NCBI GenBank assembly: GCA_038213805.1
Contig: JBBQSO010000126.1
Coordinates: 1-11,563, forward strand
Reading direction: 5' to 3'
Length of the DNA stretch: 11,563 nt
Origin: Planctomycetota bacterium
GTDB taxonomy: Bacteria > Planctomycetota > UBA11346
Shown: one piece after another, positions 1-6,990 of the stretch
Layout of the letters: each line of letters begins with the position of its first letter
Position numbering within the stretch: position 1 is the stretch's first letter
Notes under the pieces: generated by a model
The model's input: only the letters and a program-made list of their open reading frames with translations
Database searches by the model: none
Told to the model about the DNA's origin: nothing
Made by a program: the position numbers and the translations under genes

Positions 1-747
1 GGCCCGCCCCCCGCCCGCGCCCCCGGCCCCCGGCGGCGGGCCGCCGGCCCCCCCCACCACCGGGATCCCGGTACGGATGCCGAGCTCGGCCGCGGCCGCG
101 GCGGTCACCGTGCCGGCGACCGCAGTGCCCTCGACCAGGCGGCCGAGGTAGGACTCGTCGATGCCGCACAGCGCCAGCATCTTCTTCGACCAGCGCCGCT
201 TCGCGACGTCGAGCAGCAACATACCCGCGCCGTCCGACATCTCTGCGACCTTCTCACCAGTGAGCCGGAAACGCAGCCAGTCCTTGGGTAGCAGCACGCT
301 GCGCACCTTCTTCCAGATCGCGGGCTCGTGCTTGGCGACCCACAGCAGCTTGGGCGCGGTGAAGCCGACCAGCGCGCGGTTGCCGGTCTCTTTGATGATG
401 CCCGGGAAGCGGCGGTGGAGCTCATCGCATTCCGCCTGGCAGCGGCCGTCGTTCCACAAAATGGCCGGGCGCAGTACGCGGTCCTGGGCGTCGAGCAGGG
501 TCGCGCCATGCATCTGCCCGCCAATGCCGATGCCGGCGATCGGCTCGCGCGGGCACTGCGAGACCACCGCGCGCACCGCCTCGACCATGCCCTTCCACCA
601 GTGCCGGGAATCCTGCTCGCTCCACAGCGGCTTGGGCGTGCTGAGCGGGTAACTGGCGACGGCGGAGGCGAGGATGCGGCCGTCGATGTCGACCAGCACG
701 GCCTTGCAGCCGGAAGTACCGAGATCGATGCCGAGGACGCTGGTCAT
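1..747 (-). CDS. xylB: Xylulokinase (FGGY carbohydrate kinase), 3'-truncated at the window edge
   Basis: Manual translation from ATG at 747: MTSVLGIDLGTSGCKAVLVD...WSEQD...IGIGGQMHGATLLD...RPAILWNDGR...GFTAPKLLWVAKHEP...LLPKDWLRFRLTG..SDGAG. These are FGGY/XylB motifs. There is no stop before position 1, and xylA is nearby. Confidence 0.93.
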   Translation of the reverse strand, partial: MTSVLGIDLGTSGCKAVLVDIDGRILASAVASYPLSTPKPLWSEQDSRHWWKGMVEAVRAVVSQCPREPIAGIGIGGQMHGATLLDAQDRVLRPAILWNDGRCQAECDELHRRFPGIIKETGNRALVGFTAPKLLWVAKHEPAIWKKVRSVLLPKDWLRFRLTGEKVAEMSDGAGMLLLDVAKRRWSKKMLALCGIDESYLGRLVEGTAVAGTVTAAAAAELGIRTGIPVVGGAGGPPPGAGGAGGGRA

Positions 748-766
748 TGGGGATCCCTGGAATCGT

Positions 767-913
767 ATGGCTGATGGCTGATGGCTGATGGCTGATGGCT
801 GATGGCTGATGGCTGATGGCTGATGGCTGATAGCTGATAGCTGATAGCTGATAGCTGATAGCCGATAGCTGATAGCTGATAGCTGATAGCTGATAGCTGG
901 TGGCCGATGACTG
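767..913 (+). repeat. Heptamer tandem array: 9x ATGGCTG, 10x ATAGCYG, then GTGGCCG and ATGACTG
   Basis: Read directly. 21 units in unbroken 7-nt phase, ending about 20 nt upstream of the xylB ATG. Confidence 0.97.
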
Positions 914-945
914 CAGTCAGTCAAGCGACCTCCGACTGCGAGCTG

Positions 946-984
946 CTGTCGGCTGTCGGCCATCAGCCATCAGCCATCAGCCAT
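946..984 (-). repeat. Heptamer array after the ppa stop: (CTGATGG)3(CCGACAG)2 on the minus strand
   Basis: The plus strand reads ctgtcgg ctgtcgg ccatcag ccatcag ccatcag ccat. It is inverted relative to the 767-913 array. Confidence 0.92.
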
Positions 985-1671
985 TCAATGCGGCTTGTCG
1001 ACCGTCGCCGGCGCCGCCGCCTTGGCCGCGGCCACGGCGCCATTCTTATCGCCCGGGCCCTTGCCGCGTTGGCCGGCGAGCAGGCGGCGGTATTCCTTCG
1101 AACGCTTGCCCTTCGCGGTGATTTTTCCGAAACGCTCGATCAGGCCGTTGGTGAGGTCGTGGTAGCGCTGCACGCAGTCGGTGATCACCTGGTGGGCGAC
1201 CAGGCGGTCCTCCCAGCCATAGGTGTCCGACTTCTTGCCTTCGAGGTCTTTGTAGATGTTGAAGAAGTAGTCGACCTCGGCGAGGTAGTGGCTGGCGAGG
1301 TGCTGCAGGCCGTGCACCTCGCGCATGCGCGGGTCTTTCACCGGCACGGCAAGGATCTTGTGGTCGAGGCCCATGTCGTCGCGCATGATCAGCACGCCGA
1401 GCGGGCGCACTTCGATCAGGCAACCGGTAAAGGTCTCGTGCTCGACGATCACCACCACGTCCAGGGGATCGCCGTCCTCGGCGTGGGTCTGCGGGATGAA
1501 GCCGTAGGCACCGGGATAGTGGACCGGACTGTAGAGCGTGCGGTCCAGACGGAAGACGTTGAGCTCTTTGTCGTACTCGTATTTGTTCGACGAGCCCTTG
1601 GGGATCTCGATGACCGCGTTGATGACGTTGGGCACGTCGTTGCCGGGCGGAAGTTCGAGATAGTTGGTCAT
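985..1671 (-). CDS. ppa: Family I soluble inorganic pyrophosphatase (228 aa) with a C-terminal extension
   Basis: The true start is ATG at 1671 (MTNYLELPPG), preceded by AGGA. Motifs: IEIPKGSSNKYEYDK, LDRTLY, YPGAYGFIPQT, DGDPLDV, DHKILAVP, FFNIYKDLEGK. Confidence 0.95.
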   Translation of the reverse strand: MTNYLELPPGNDVPNVINAVIEIPKGSSNKYEYDKELNVFRLDRTLYSPVHYPGAYGFIPQTHAEDGDPLDVVVIVEHETFTGCLIEVRPLGVLIMRDDMGLDHKILAVPVKDPRMREVHGLQHLASHYLAEVDYFFNIYKDLEGKKSDTYGWEDRLVAHQVITDCVQRYHDLTNGLIERFGKITAKGKRSKEYRRLLAGQRGKGPGDKNGAVAAAKAAAPATVDKPH

Positions 1672-1773
1672 GGCTGATCCTGAGGTGGCGGCTCGCAGCA
1701 GCGCCGCGGGAATGCCGGGAGGGTAGGACCGCAGGCGGGGTCCGCAACTGCGGGAAACCCGCGACGTACAGGC

Positions 1774-1789
1774 GTGGAAGCGGTTCCAC
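1774..1789. promoter_or_regulatory. Putative LacI-family operator GTGGAAGCGGTTCCAC
   Basis: 16-bp near-perfect palindrome (GTGGAA-G-CG-G-TTCCAC) with the central CG typical of LacI/GalR operators. It lies in the divergent ppa/xylA intergenic region. Confidence 0.7.
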
Positions 1790-1872
1790 AAGATGCTTGG
1801 CAAGCGCCAGACAGCCCTATCATGGGCCATCGCACCCCATCCCTCCAGACCTGCGCCCCGCGCGGAGAGCTC

Positions 1873-3210
1873 ATGCCCAAAGCCACTGCCAACGCCCTGA
1901 CCCCGTACTTTGACGCCATCCCGGCGATCAAGTACGAGGGTCCCGACAGCGACAATCCGTTCGCCTACCGCTACTTCAACCCCAACGAGAAGATCCTCGG
2001 CAAGGCGATGAAGGACTGGATGCGCAACGCGGTCTGCTACTGGCACACCTTCCGTGGCACCGCCCTCGACATCTTCGGACCCGGCACCCTGGTGCGCCCG
2101 TGGGAAGACGGCACCAACTCGCTGGATATGGCGATCAGGCGCACCGACGTGGTGTTCGACTTCATCTCGCGCCTGGGCGTGGAGTACTACTGCTTCCACG
2201 ACCGCGACGTCGCGCCCGAGGGCGCCGACCTCAGCGAGACCAACGCCAACCTGTGGGCGGTGGCGGAGAAGCTCAAGAAGCTGCAGAAGGCCACCGGCAC
2301 CAAGCTGCTGTGGGGCACCGCCAACATGTTCAGCCACTCGCGCTTCAGCCAGGGCGCCGCGACCAGTCCCAACGCCGACGTCTTCGCGTACTGCGCGAAC
2401 TCGGTGAAGGAGATGCTCGACGTGACCAAGTACCTGGCCGGCGAGAACTACGTGTTCTGGGGCGGCCGCGAGGGCTACAACACCCTGCTCAACACCGATA
2501 TGGGGCGCGAGACCGAGCACGCCGGCGCATTCTTCCGCATGGCCGTCGACTACGCGAAGAAGATCGGTTTCCGCGGCCAGTTCCTGATCGAGCCCAAGGC
2601 CTGCGAGCCGACCAAGCACCAGTACGACTTCGACTCGGCGACGGTCCTGGGCATGCTGCGCAAGTTCGGCCTCGAGAAGCATTTCAAGCTCAACATCGAA
2701 CAGAACCATGCGACCCTCGCCGGCCACGACTTCTGCCACGAGCTGGCGGTGTGCATCAGCAACGGTGCGCTCGGATCGATCGACTCGAACCGCGGCGACG
2801 TGATGAATGGCTGGGACACCGACCAGTTCCCGAACGACTACCGCGAGTGCGCGCAGGCCTGGCACCTCATCATCAACGGCGGCGGCTTCGGCAGCGGCGG
2901 CCTGAACTACGACTCCAAGGTGCGCCGGGACAGTTACGACGTCGCCGACATGTTCCACGCGCACATCTGCGGCATCGACACCTGGGCGCGCGGGCTGCGC
3001 ATCGCCGCGAAGATCATCAAGGACAAGCAGCTCGACAAGTTCGTGGCCAAGCGCTACAGCAGCTACGACAAGGGCATCGGCAAGGAGATCGAATCCGGCC
3101 GCGCCAATTTCGAGAAGCTGCAGAAGTACATCCTCGCGAAGGGCGAGGCGGCGCCGAACGCCAGTGCGCGTCAGGAATACCTAGAGAATCTGTTCAACAA
3201 ATATTGCTGA
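1873..3210 (+). CDS. xylA: Xylose isomerase, class II (445 aa)
   Basis: ATG at 1873 with GGAG at 1864-1867. Motifs: [57 protein letters not shown]. Confidence 0.97.
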   Translation: MPKATANALTPYFDAIPAIKYEGPDSDNPFAYRYFNPNEKILGKAMKDWMRNAVCYWHTFRGTALDIFGPGTLVRPWEDGTNSLDMAIRRTDVVFDFISRLGVEYYCFHDRDVAPEGADLSETNANLWAVAEKLKKLQKATGTKLLWGTANMFSHSRFSQGAATSPNADVFAYCANSVKEMLDVTKYLAGENYVFWGGREGYNTLLNTDMGRETEHAGAFFRMAVDYAKKIGFRGQFLIEPKACEPTKHQYDFDSATVLGMLRKFGLEKHFKLNIEQNHATLAGHDFCHELAVCISNGALGSIDSNRGDVMNGWDTDQFPNDYRECAQAWHLIINGGGFGSGGLNYDSKVRRDSYDVADMFHAHICGIDTWARGLRIAAKIIKDKQLDKFVAKRYSSYDKGIGKEIESGRANFEKLQKYILAKGEAAPNASARQEYLENLFNKYC

Positions 3211-3211
3211 A

Positions 3212-3239
3212 CTGATGGCTGATGGCTGATGGCCGTTGG
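3212..3239 (+). repeat. Heptamer array (CTGATGG)3 CCGTTGG directly after the xylA stop
   Basis: Read directly. It starts 1 nt after the TGA. Confidence 0.88.
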
Positions 3240-3245
3240 CGAGAT

Positions 3246-3282
3246 GCTCGCGCACCCCCGTGCAAGGTGGGGTCGCGCGAGC
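3246..3282 (+). other. GC-rich stem-loop in the xylA 3' UTR
   Basis: GCTCGCGC-ACCCC pairs with GGGGT-(C)-GCGCGAGC around a 10-nt loop. There is no U-tract. Confidence 0.55.
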
Positions 3283-3296
3283 TGTTCCATTCCACC

Positions 3297-3336
3297 CCGG
3301 GCCGCAGGTACGATACGTGCCTGCGGCCCGGTTTTT
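3297..3336 (+). terminator. Intrinsic terminator of xylA
   Basis: 16-bp stem CCGGGCCGCAGGTACG / CGTGCCTGCGGCCCGG (one G-U pair), ATA loop, followed by TTTTT. Confidence 0.85.
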
Positions 3337-3524
3337 GGGCGCTGCGCAGCAAGGATCCGGCTTGCGGACGACTCAACGCTGCGTGCTTTCGCGAGTACAG
3401 TGCGATAGGGTCCGCAGTATCTTTCAAGGCCGATCCGGACTCACCGGGCCCCAGCCGCCCTGGCGGTGGCAAATCGCCCGCCGGTGCGCAGCATACCTCA
3501 CCTCCCCTCAAGGATCCCCTCCCC

Positions 3525-4301
3525 ATGCGCATAACGCACACCCTCCTCCTGCTTGCCGCCACTGCGGCGGCCCAGCTCGGCGCCGCTGAAGGCTATACCG
3601 ACACGCCGCTGGTCCCCGGACAGAAGTGGCACGTGCACGATTCCACCCGGCCGCAGCCGGTGGTGGTGACGCCCGGCACCTTCAGCACCGCCGAACAGCC
3701 CGGCAAGGCGCCGAGCGACGCGATCGTGCTGTTCGACGGCAAGGACGCCTCGCAGTGGAAGACCGCCTGGAAGGTCGAGGACGGCGCCCTGGTCGCCGGC
3801 GGCGGCGACAACTTCACCAAGGAGGAGGATTTCGGCGACATCCAGCTGCACCTCGAGTGGGCCGAACCCACCCCGGCCAAGGGCAACGGCCAGGGCCGCG
3901 GCAACAGCGGCTTGTTCTTCTTCGGCCGCTATGAACTCCAAGTACTCGACTGCTACCAGAACCAGACCTATCCCGATGGCCAGACCTCGGCGATCTACGG
4001 CTCGTGGCCTCCGCTGGTCAACGCCTGCCGCCCGCCCGGCGAGTGGCAGACCTACGACGTCGCCTTCACCGCGCCGAAGTTCAAGGGCGAAGAATTGGTC
4101 ACCCCGGCCTTCATCACCGTCTTCCACAACGGCGTGCTGACCCAGAACCACACCCAGTACAACGGCGACACCAACCACAAGGCCGCCGCCGCCTACCACG
4201 CGCACGCGCCGACCGGCCCGCTCAAGCTGCAGGACCACGGCAATCCGGTGCGCTTCCGCAACATCTGGGTGCGGAAGCTGGTGGATCGCGGGGAGAATTG
4301 A
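3525..4301 (+). CDS. Secreted DUF1080 / 3-keto-disaccharide hydrolase family protein (258 aa)
   Basis: ATG at 3525 begins a signal-peptide-like N-terminus (MRITHTLLLLAATAAAQLGA). Motifs: LFDGKD, GNSG, YELQVLD, GEWQTYDV, LQDHG, VRFRNIWVR. Confidence 0.9.
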   Translation: MRITHTLLLLAATAAAQLGAAEGYTDTPLVPGQKWHVHDSTRPQPVVVTPGTFSTAEQPGKAPSDAIVLFDGKDASQWKTAWKVEDGALVAGGGDNFTKEEDFGDIQLHLEWAEPTPAKGNGQGRGNSGLFFFGRYELQVLDCYQNQTYPDGQTSAIYGSWPPLVNACRPPGEWQTYDVAFTAPKFKGEELVTPAFITVFHNGVLTQNHTQYNGDTNHKAAAAYHAHAPTGPLKLQDHGNPVRFRNIWVRKLVDRGEN

Positions 4302-4311
4302 ATGGAAGCGG

Positions 4312-4332
4312 CTGACGGCTGACAGCTGACGG
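4312..4332 (+). repeat. Heptamer array CTGACGG CTGACAG CTGACGG after the DUF1080 stop
   Basis: Read directly. It starts 10 nt after the TGA. Confidence 0.82.
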
Positions 4333-4337
4333 CTCAC

Positions 4338-4364
4338 CAAGACCGGCGCATTGCGCCGGTCTTG
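4338..4364. terminator. Perfect inverted repeat, probable (possibly bidirectional) terminator hairpin
   Basis: CAAGACCGGCGCA-T-TGCGCCGGTCTTG has 13-bp arms and lies between convergent genes. The U-tract is weak (CTGTTG). Confidence 0.6.
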
Positions 4365-4508
4365 CTGTTGCTGGACACACCCAGACGGGCCGATGCGCCA
4401 CCTGCTGATGTAAGCAGTGGGATCCCCGAAGGTTTGGAAGTTGGCAAAATGGCTAGAGTCGAGGGCCACGAAGTGACAGCCACTTGCATCAGCGGCCGAA
4501 CGCATTTT

Positions 4509-4634
4509 TCTCGCGTCTCGCGTCTCGCGTCTCGCGTCTCGCGTCTCGCGTCTCGCGTCTCGCGTCTCGCGTCTCGCGTCTCACCGTCCGCCGTCAGCCG
4601 TCAGCCATCAGCCATCAGCCATCAGCCATCAGCC
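4509..4634 (-). repeat. Composite heptamer array: on the minus strand (CTGATGG)4(CTGACGG)2 CGGACGG TGAGACG, then about 10x CGAGACG
   Basis: The plus strand has 10x TCTCGCG (4509-4578), continuing in the same 7-nt phase into CCGTCAG/CCATCAG units. The array starts about 15 nt after the stop at 4648. Confidence 0.96.
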
Positions 4635-4647
4635 CAGGCCATCCCCC

Positions 4648-5286
4648 TCACAAATTATCCTCAATGATCGACTGCGCCCCGCGCAGCAGCGTGCGGTATT
4701 CCTCCGCGTGCTCGCCACCCGGGATCTCTTTTTCGACAACCCCGGCGTTGCTGTCGTGGCTGGGGTCGTCGTCGTGGGTGGCGACCTGCTTGTCGGTGCC
4801 CAAGGCGAAGCTGTCGGGTGACCAGCGTGGGGCCATGGTACCGGTCATCACCGCGTGGTGGGCGTCGACGTGCAGGGTGCCCTCCTTGTCGCGATAGGCC
4901 TGGGCGCGGTAGGCGACCGCGACCTGGCCCTGGGCGCCCCCCTGGCCGTTGACCGCGACCAGGGTCACGACCCACGCCGGGCGCAGCAGGCCGGCGCTCT
5001 CTTCGACGACGATGAGGGTGCGGTAGTCGTCCCAGCGCACCCACCACGCGCCAGCCTTCGCGGCCGCGAACGGCGGCTTCAGCGGCGGCAGCTCGCGCGC
5101 GCCCGTACCGTCCTGGCCAAGCGGGGTGCGCTGCTCGATGTCGACCGGCGGTTCGATGAGGACCTGCGGCACCGGGGGAAAGTCGGGCAGTACCTCGTCG
5201 ACCGCCACCCCGTGCGCCGCCAGCGTCAGCAGCGCGGCTATAAGCAGCAGCGGACCAGCGCGGAGGGGTGCCAGGCGCGCGCCCAT
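4648..5286 (-). CDS. Hypothetical exported protein (212 aa)
   Basis: ATG lies 7 nt after the rpoN stop. It has a hydrophobic signal-like N-terminus (LLLIAALLTLAAHG), a Pro-rich linker, then a Trp/beta-rich region, with host-like GC-rich codons. I recognise no family. Confidence 0.75.
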   Translation of the reverse strand: MGARLAPLRAGPLLLIAALLTLAAHGVAVDEVLPDFPPVPQVLIEPPVDIEQRTPLGQDGTGARELPPLKPPFAAAKAGAWWVRWDDYRTLIVVEESAGLLRPAWVVTLVAVNGQGGAQGQVAVAYRAQAYRDKEGTLHVDAHHAVMTGTMAPRWSPDSFALGTDKQVATHDDDPSHDSNAGVVEKEIPGGEHAEEYRTLLRGAQSIIEDNL

Positions 5287-5293
5287 CGCCGGC

Positions 5294-6769
5294 CTAGAAC
5301 GACCGGCGCTGGCGGGTCGAGGGAATGCCGTCGGCGATCCGATACTTGGTCACCGTGCGCCGGCTGATGTCGAGGCCTTCCTTGGCGAGGATGTCGGCGA
5401 CCTCCTGGTCGGAGAGCGGGTTCTTGACGTCCTCGGCGTGGATCAGCTTCTGGATCTTGAGCTTCACGGATTTCGAACTCTCGGCCTCGCTGCCGTCCTG
5501 GGTGGCGATGCCGCCCGAGAAGAAACTGCTGAGCGGGATCACGCCGCCCGGGGTCTGGATGTACTTGTCCTTGACCGCACGGCTCACCGTCGCGACGTGC
5601 ATGCCGATCTTATCGGCAATGTCCTGGCGCATCAGCGGGCGCAGGTTTTCGACGCCTCCCTCCAGAAAGGCGGTCTGGTGCTTGATGATCTCGCTGACGA
5701 TGCGCAGCAGGGTGCGGCGGCGCTGGGCCACCGCGTCGATGATGAAGCGCGCGCCGGAGATCTTCTCCTTGAGGTAGGAGCGCTCCTTCTGATCAGCGCT
5801 CTTTTCGTACAGCTGGAAATAGGCCTCGCTGACCGTGACTTTGGGCAGGTGGCCGTCGGGGACGCTCACGATCCACTGGCCGCGCTCGTCGCGCTCAACC
5901 ACGACATCGGGCACCACGTACTGGCTGGCGCCAGAGGCGAAGCACAGCCCCGGCTTGGGATCGAATTGGGCGATGACCTCGACACCCTCCTTGACGCGTT
6001 CGACCTCGACGCCGAGCGCCTGGGCGATGACCGGCAGGCGGTTCTTGAGCGCGTCCTCAAGATGGTCGCGGATCAGCGCCATCTCGAAGCCGTTGTCGCC
6101 CGGCTCGCGCGCCAGCTGCAGCAGCAGACAGTCCTTCAGGTCGCGTGCCCCGACGCCGGCCGGATCGCAGCGGCGCACCGCCTCCCAGGCGATCTCGGCG
6201 GTCTCGAGTTTCTCCTCGGGGACCAGTTCGACGAGCGGCAGCTCGAGAAATCCGCGTGGGGAAAGCTGCCAACAGATCTCCTCAGCCATCTCCATGACCT
6301 CGGGAGTCAGATCCATGAAGCGCAGCTGGTCGAGCAGGTGCGACGCCAGGCTCGGCGGCCGGTCCGGCGCGGCTTCCAGCGCGGCCATCTTGTCGGGGCC
6401 GTCATCATCGCCACCCAGGCCGTTGGCGGATTTGGGCTTCCACAGCCAGTCCTGGCCGTCGTCCTTGAAGCGGTCGCTGACCTCGACCATGCCGGCATCG
6501 ACGGGGGTGTTCGACTCGCGGCTGGCACGGTCGTCAGCCAAGCCGGAGAGGCTGTCCGAACCCGCCTCGCCGCCGTCCCCCCCCTCGCCGCCGCCGTCGC
6601 CGCCGTCCTGGATCTCAAGGACCGGGTTGGTCTCGACTTCGCTCATGATGCGCTCTTCCAGCGCCATCTGCGGCAGCAGGAGGATCTCGATCGACTGGAT
6701 CATCTGCGGCGTGAGCTTAAGCCGCTGCTCCATCCGCATATTGAGGTTCTGGCGCATCTGCAGAGCCAT
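5294..6769 (-). CDS. rpoN: RNA polymerase sigma-54 factor (491 aa)
   Basis: Q/L-rich region I (QRLKLTPQMIQSIEILLLP), acidic region II, DPAGVGARDLKDCLLLQL, HTH HVATVSRAV, PLSDQEV, and RpoN box SRRTVTKYR. GAGGA lies upstream. Confidence 0.97.
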   Translation of the reverse strand: MALQMRQNLNMRMEQRLKLTPQMIQSIEILLLPQMALEERIMSEVETNPVLEIQDGGDGGGEGGDGGEAGSDSLSGLADDRASRESNTPVDAGMVEVSDRFKDDGQDWLWKPKSANGLGGDDDGPDKMAALEAAPDRPPSLASHLLDQLRFMDLTPEVMEMAEEICWQLSPRGFLELPLVELVPEEKLETAEIAWEAVRRCDPAGVGARDLKDCLLLQLAREPGDNGFEMALIRDHLEDALKNRLPVIAQALGVEVERVKEGVEVIAQFDPKPGLCFASGASQYVVPDVVVERDERGQWIVSVPDGHLPKVTVSEAYFQLYEKSADQKERSYLKEKISGARFIIDAVAQRRRTLLRIVSEIIKHQTAFLEGGVENLRPLMRQDIADKIGMHVATVSRAVKDKYIQTPGGVIPLSSFFSGGIATQDGSEAESSKSVKLKIQKLIHAEDVKNPLSDQEVADILAKEGLDISRRTVTKYRIADGIPSTRQRRSF

Positions 6770-6835
6770 GGACGTTCCTCACCCGGGTGGCACGACGTTT
6801 CGGGGTCTGGCCCGACCGTCGCGGTGTCCGGGCTA

Positions 6836-6852
6836 AGCAAATGCTACGCCAA
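6836..6852 (-). promoter_or_regulatory. Putative sigma54 -24/-12 element upstream of rpoN
   Basis: The minus strand reads TTGGCGTAGCATTTGCT, giving exact GG-N10-GC spacing with TGGC and TTGCT. It points at rpoN about 67 nt upstream of the ATG. Confidence 0.65.
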
Positions 6853-6990
6853 TTGGTTTCCGGTGGCAAGCCTCAGCCGGGCCGGGGGCACAGTTGCATC
6901 GATTCTGCAAGTGATTTCCGCCTGCACCTTGCCCAGGAGGCAGCCTTGGAGTACCAAAAGGTGACCCTCCCTGCGCTGCCGGGAGCAAGG

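Noticed and set aside
1..55. Pure G/C stretch (possible G-quadruplex, or a Gly/Pro-rich insert in XylB)
   Set aside because: It falls where XylB should read roughly GAGD(Q/N)AAGAVG but translates as GAGGPPPGAGGAG. The frame is kept while A/T bases are missing, which fits base-calling error at a sequence end better than biology.
767..913. Repeat arrays as CRISPR
   Set aside because: The units are 7 bp and directly adjacent, with no unique spacers and no cas genes.
1797..1823. sigma70 promoter TTGGCA...TATCAT for xylA
   Set aside because: The spacer is only 15 nt. The -10 may be real, but the pair cannot be supported.
1672..2964. 659-aa minus-strand ORF as a long N-terminal fusion to ppa
   Set aside because: The extra part is the antisense shadow of xylA plus intergenic DNA. 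PPase homology and an RBS begin at ATG 1671.
4441..4490. c-di-GMP-I riboswitch or hammerhead ribozyme (GGCAAA and CTGATG motifs)
   Set aside because: The GNRA-capped P1 and GACGCAAA arrangement is missing, the hammerhead CUGANGA...GAAA core is absent, and the site is not in a 5' leader.
4362..4897. ORFs containing RLASRVS / SAISHQP peptide repeats (also 900-1121 and 907-1677)
   Set aside because: These are translations of the heptamer arrays in their stop-free orientation, and they overlap real genes on the opposite strand.
6788..6802. Plus-strand sigma54 site TGGCACGACGTTTCG for the kinase
   Set aside because: The -24 element is perfect, but the -12 position reads TTCG instead of the conserved TTGC.
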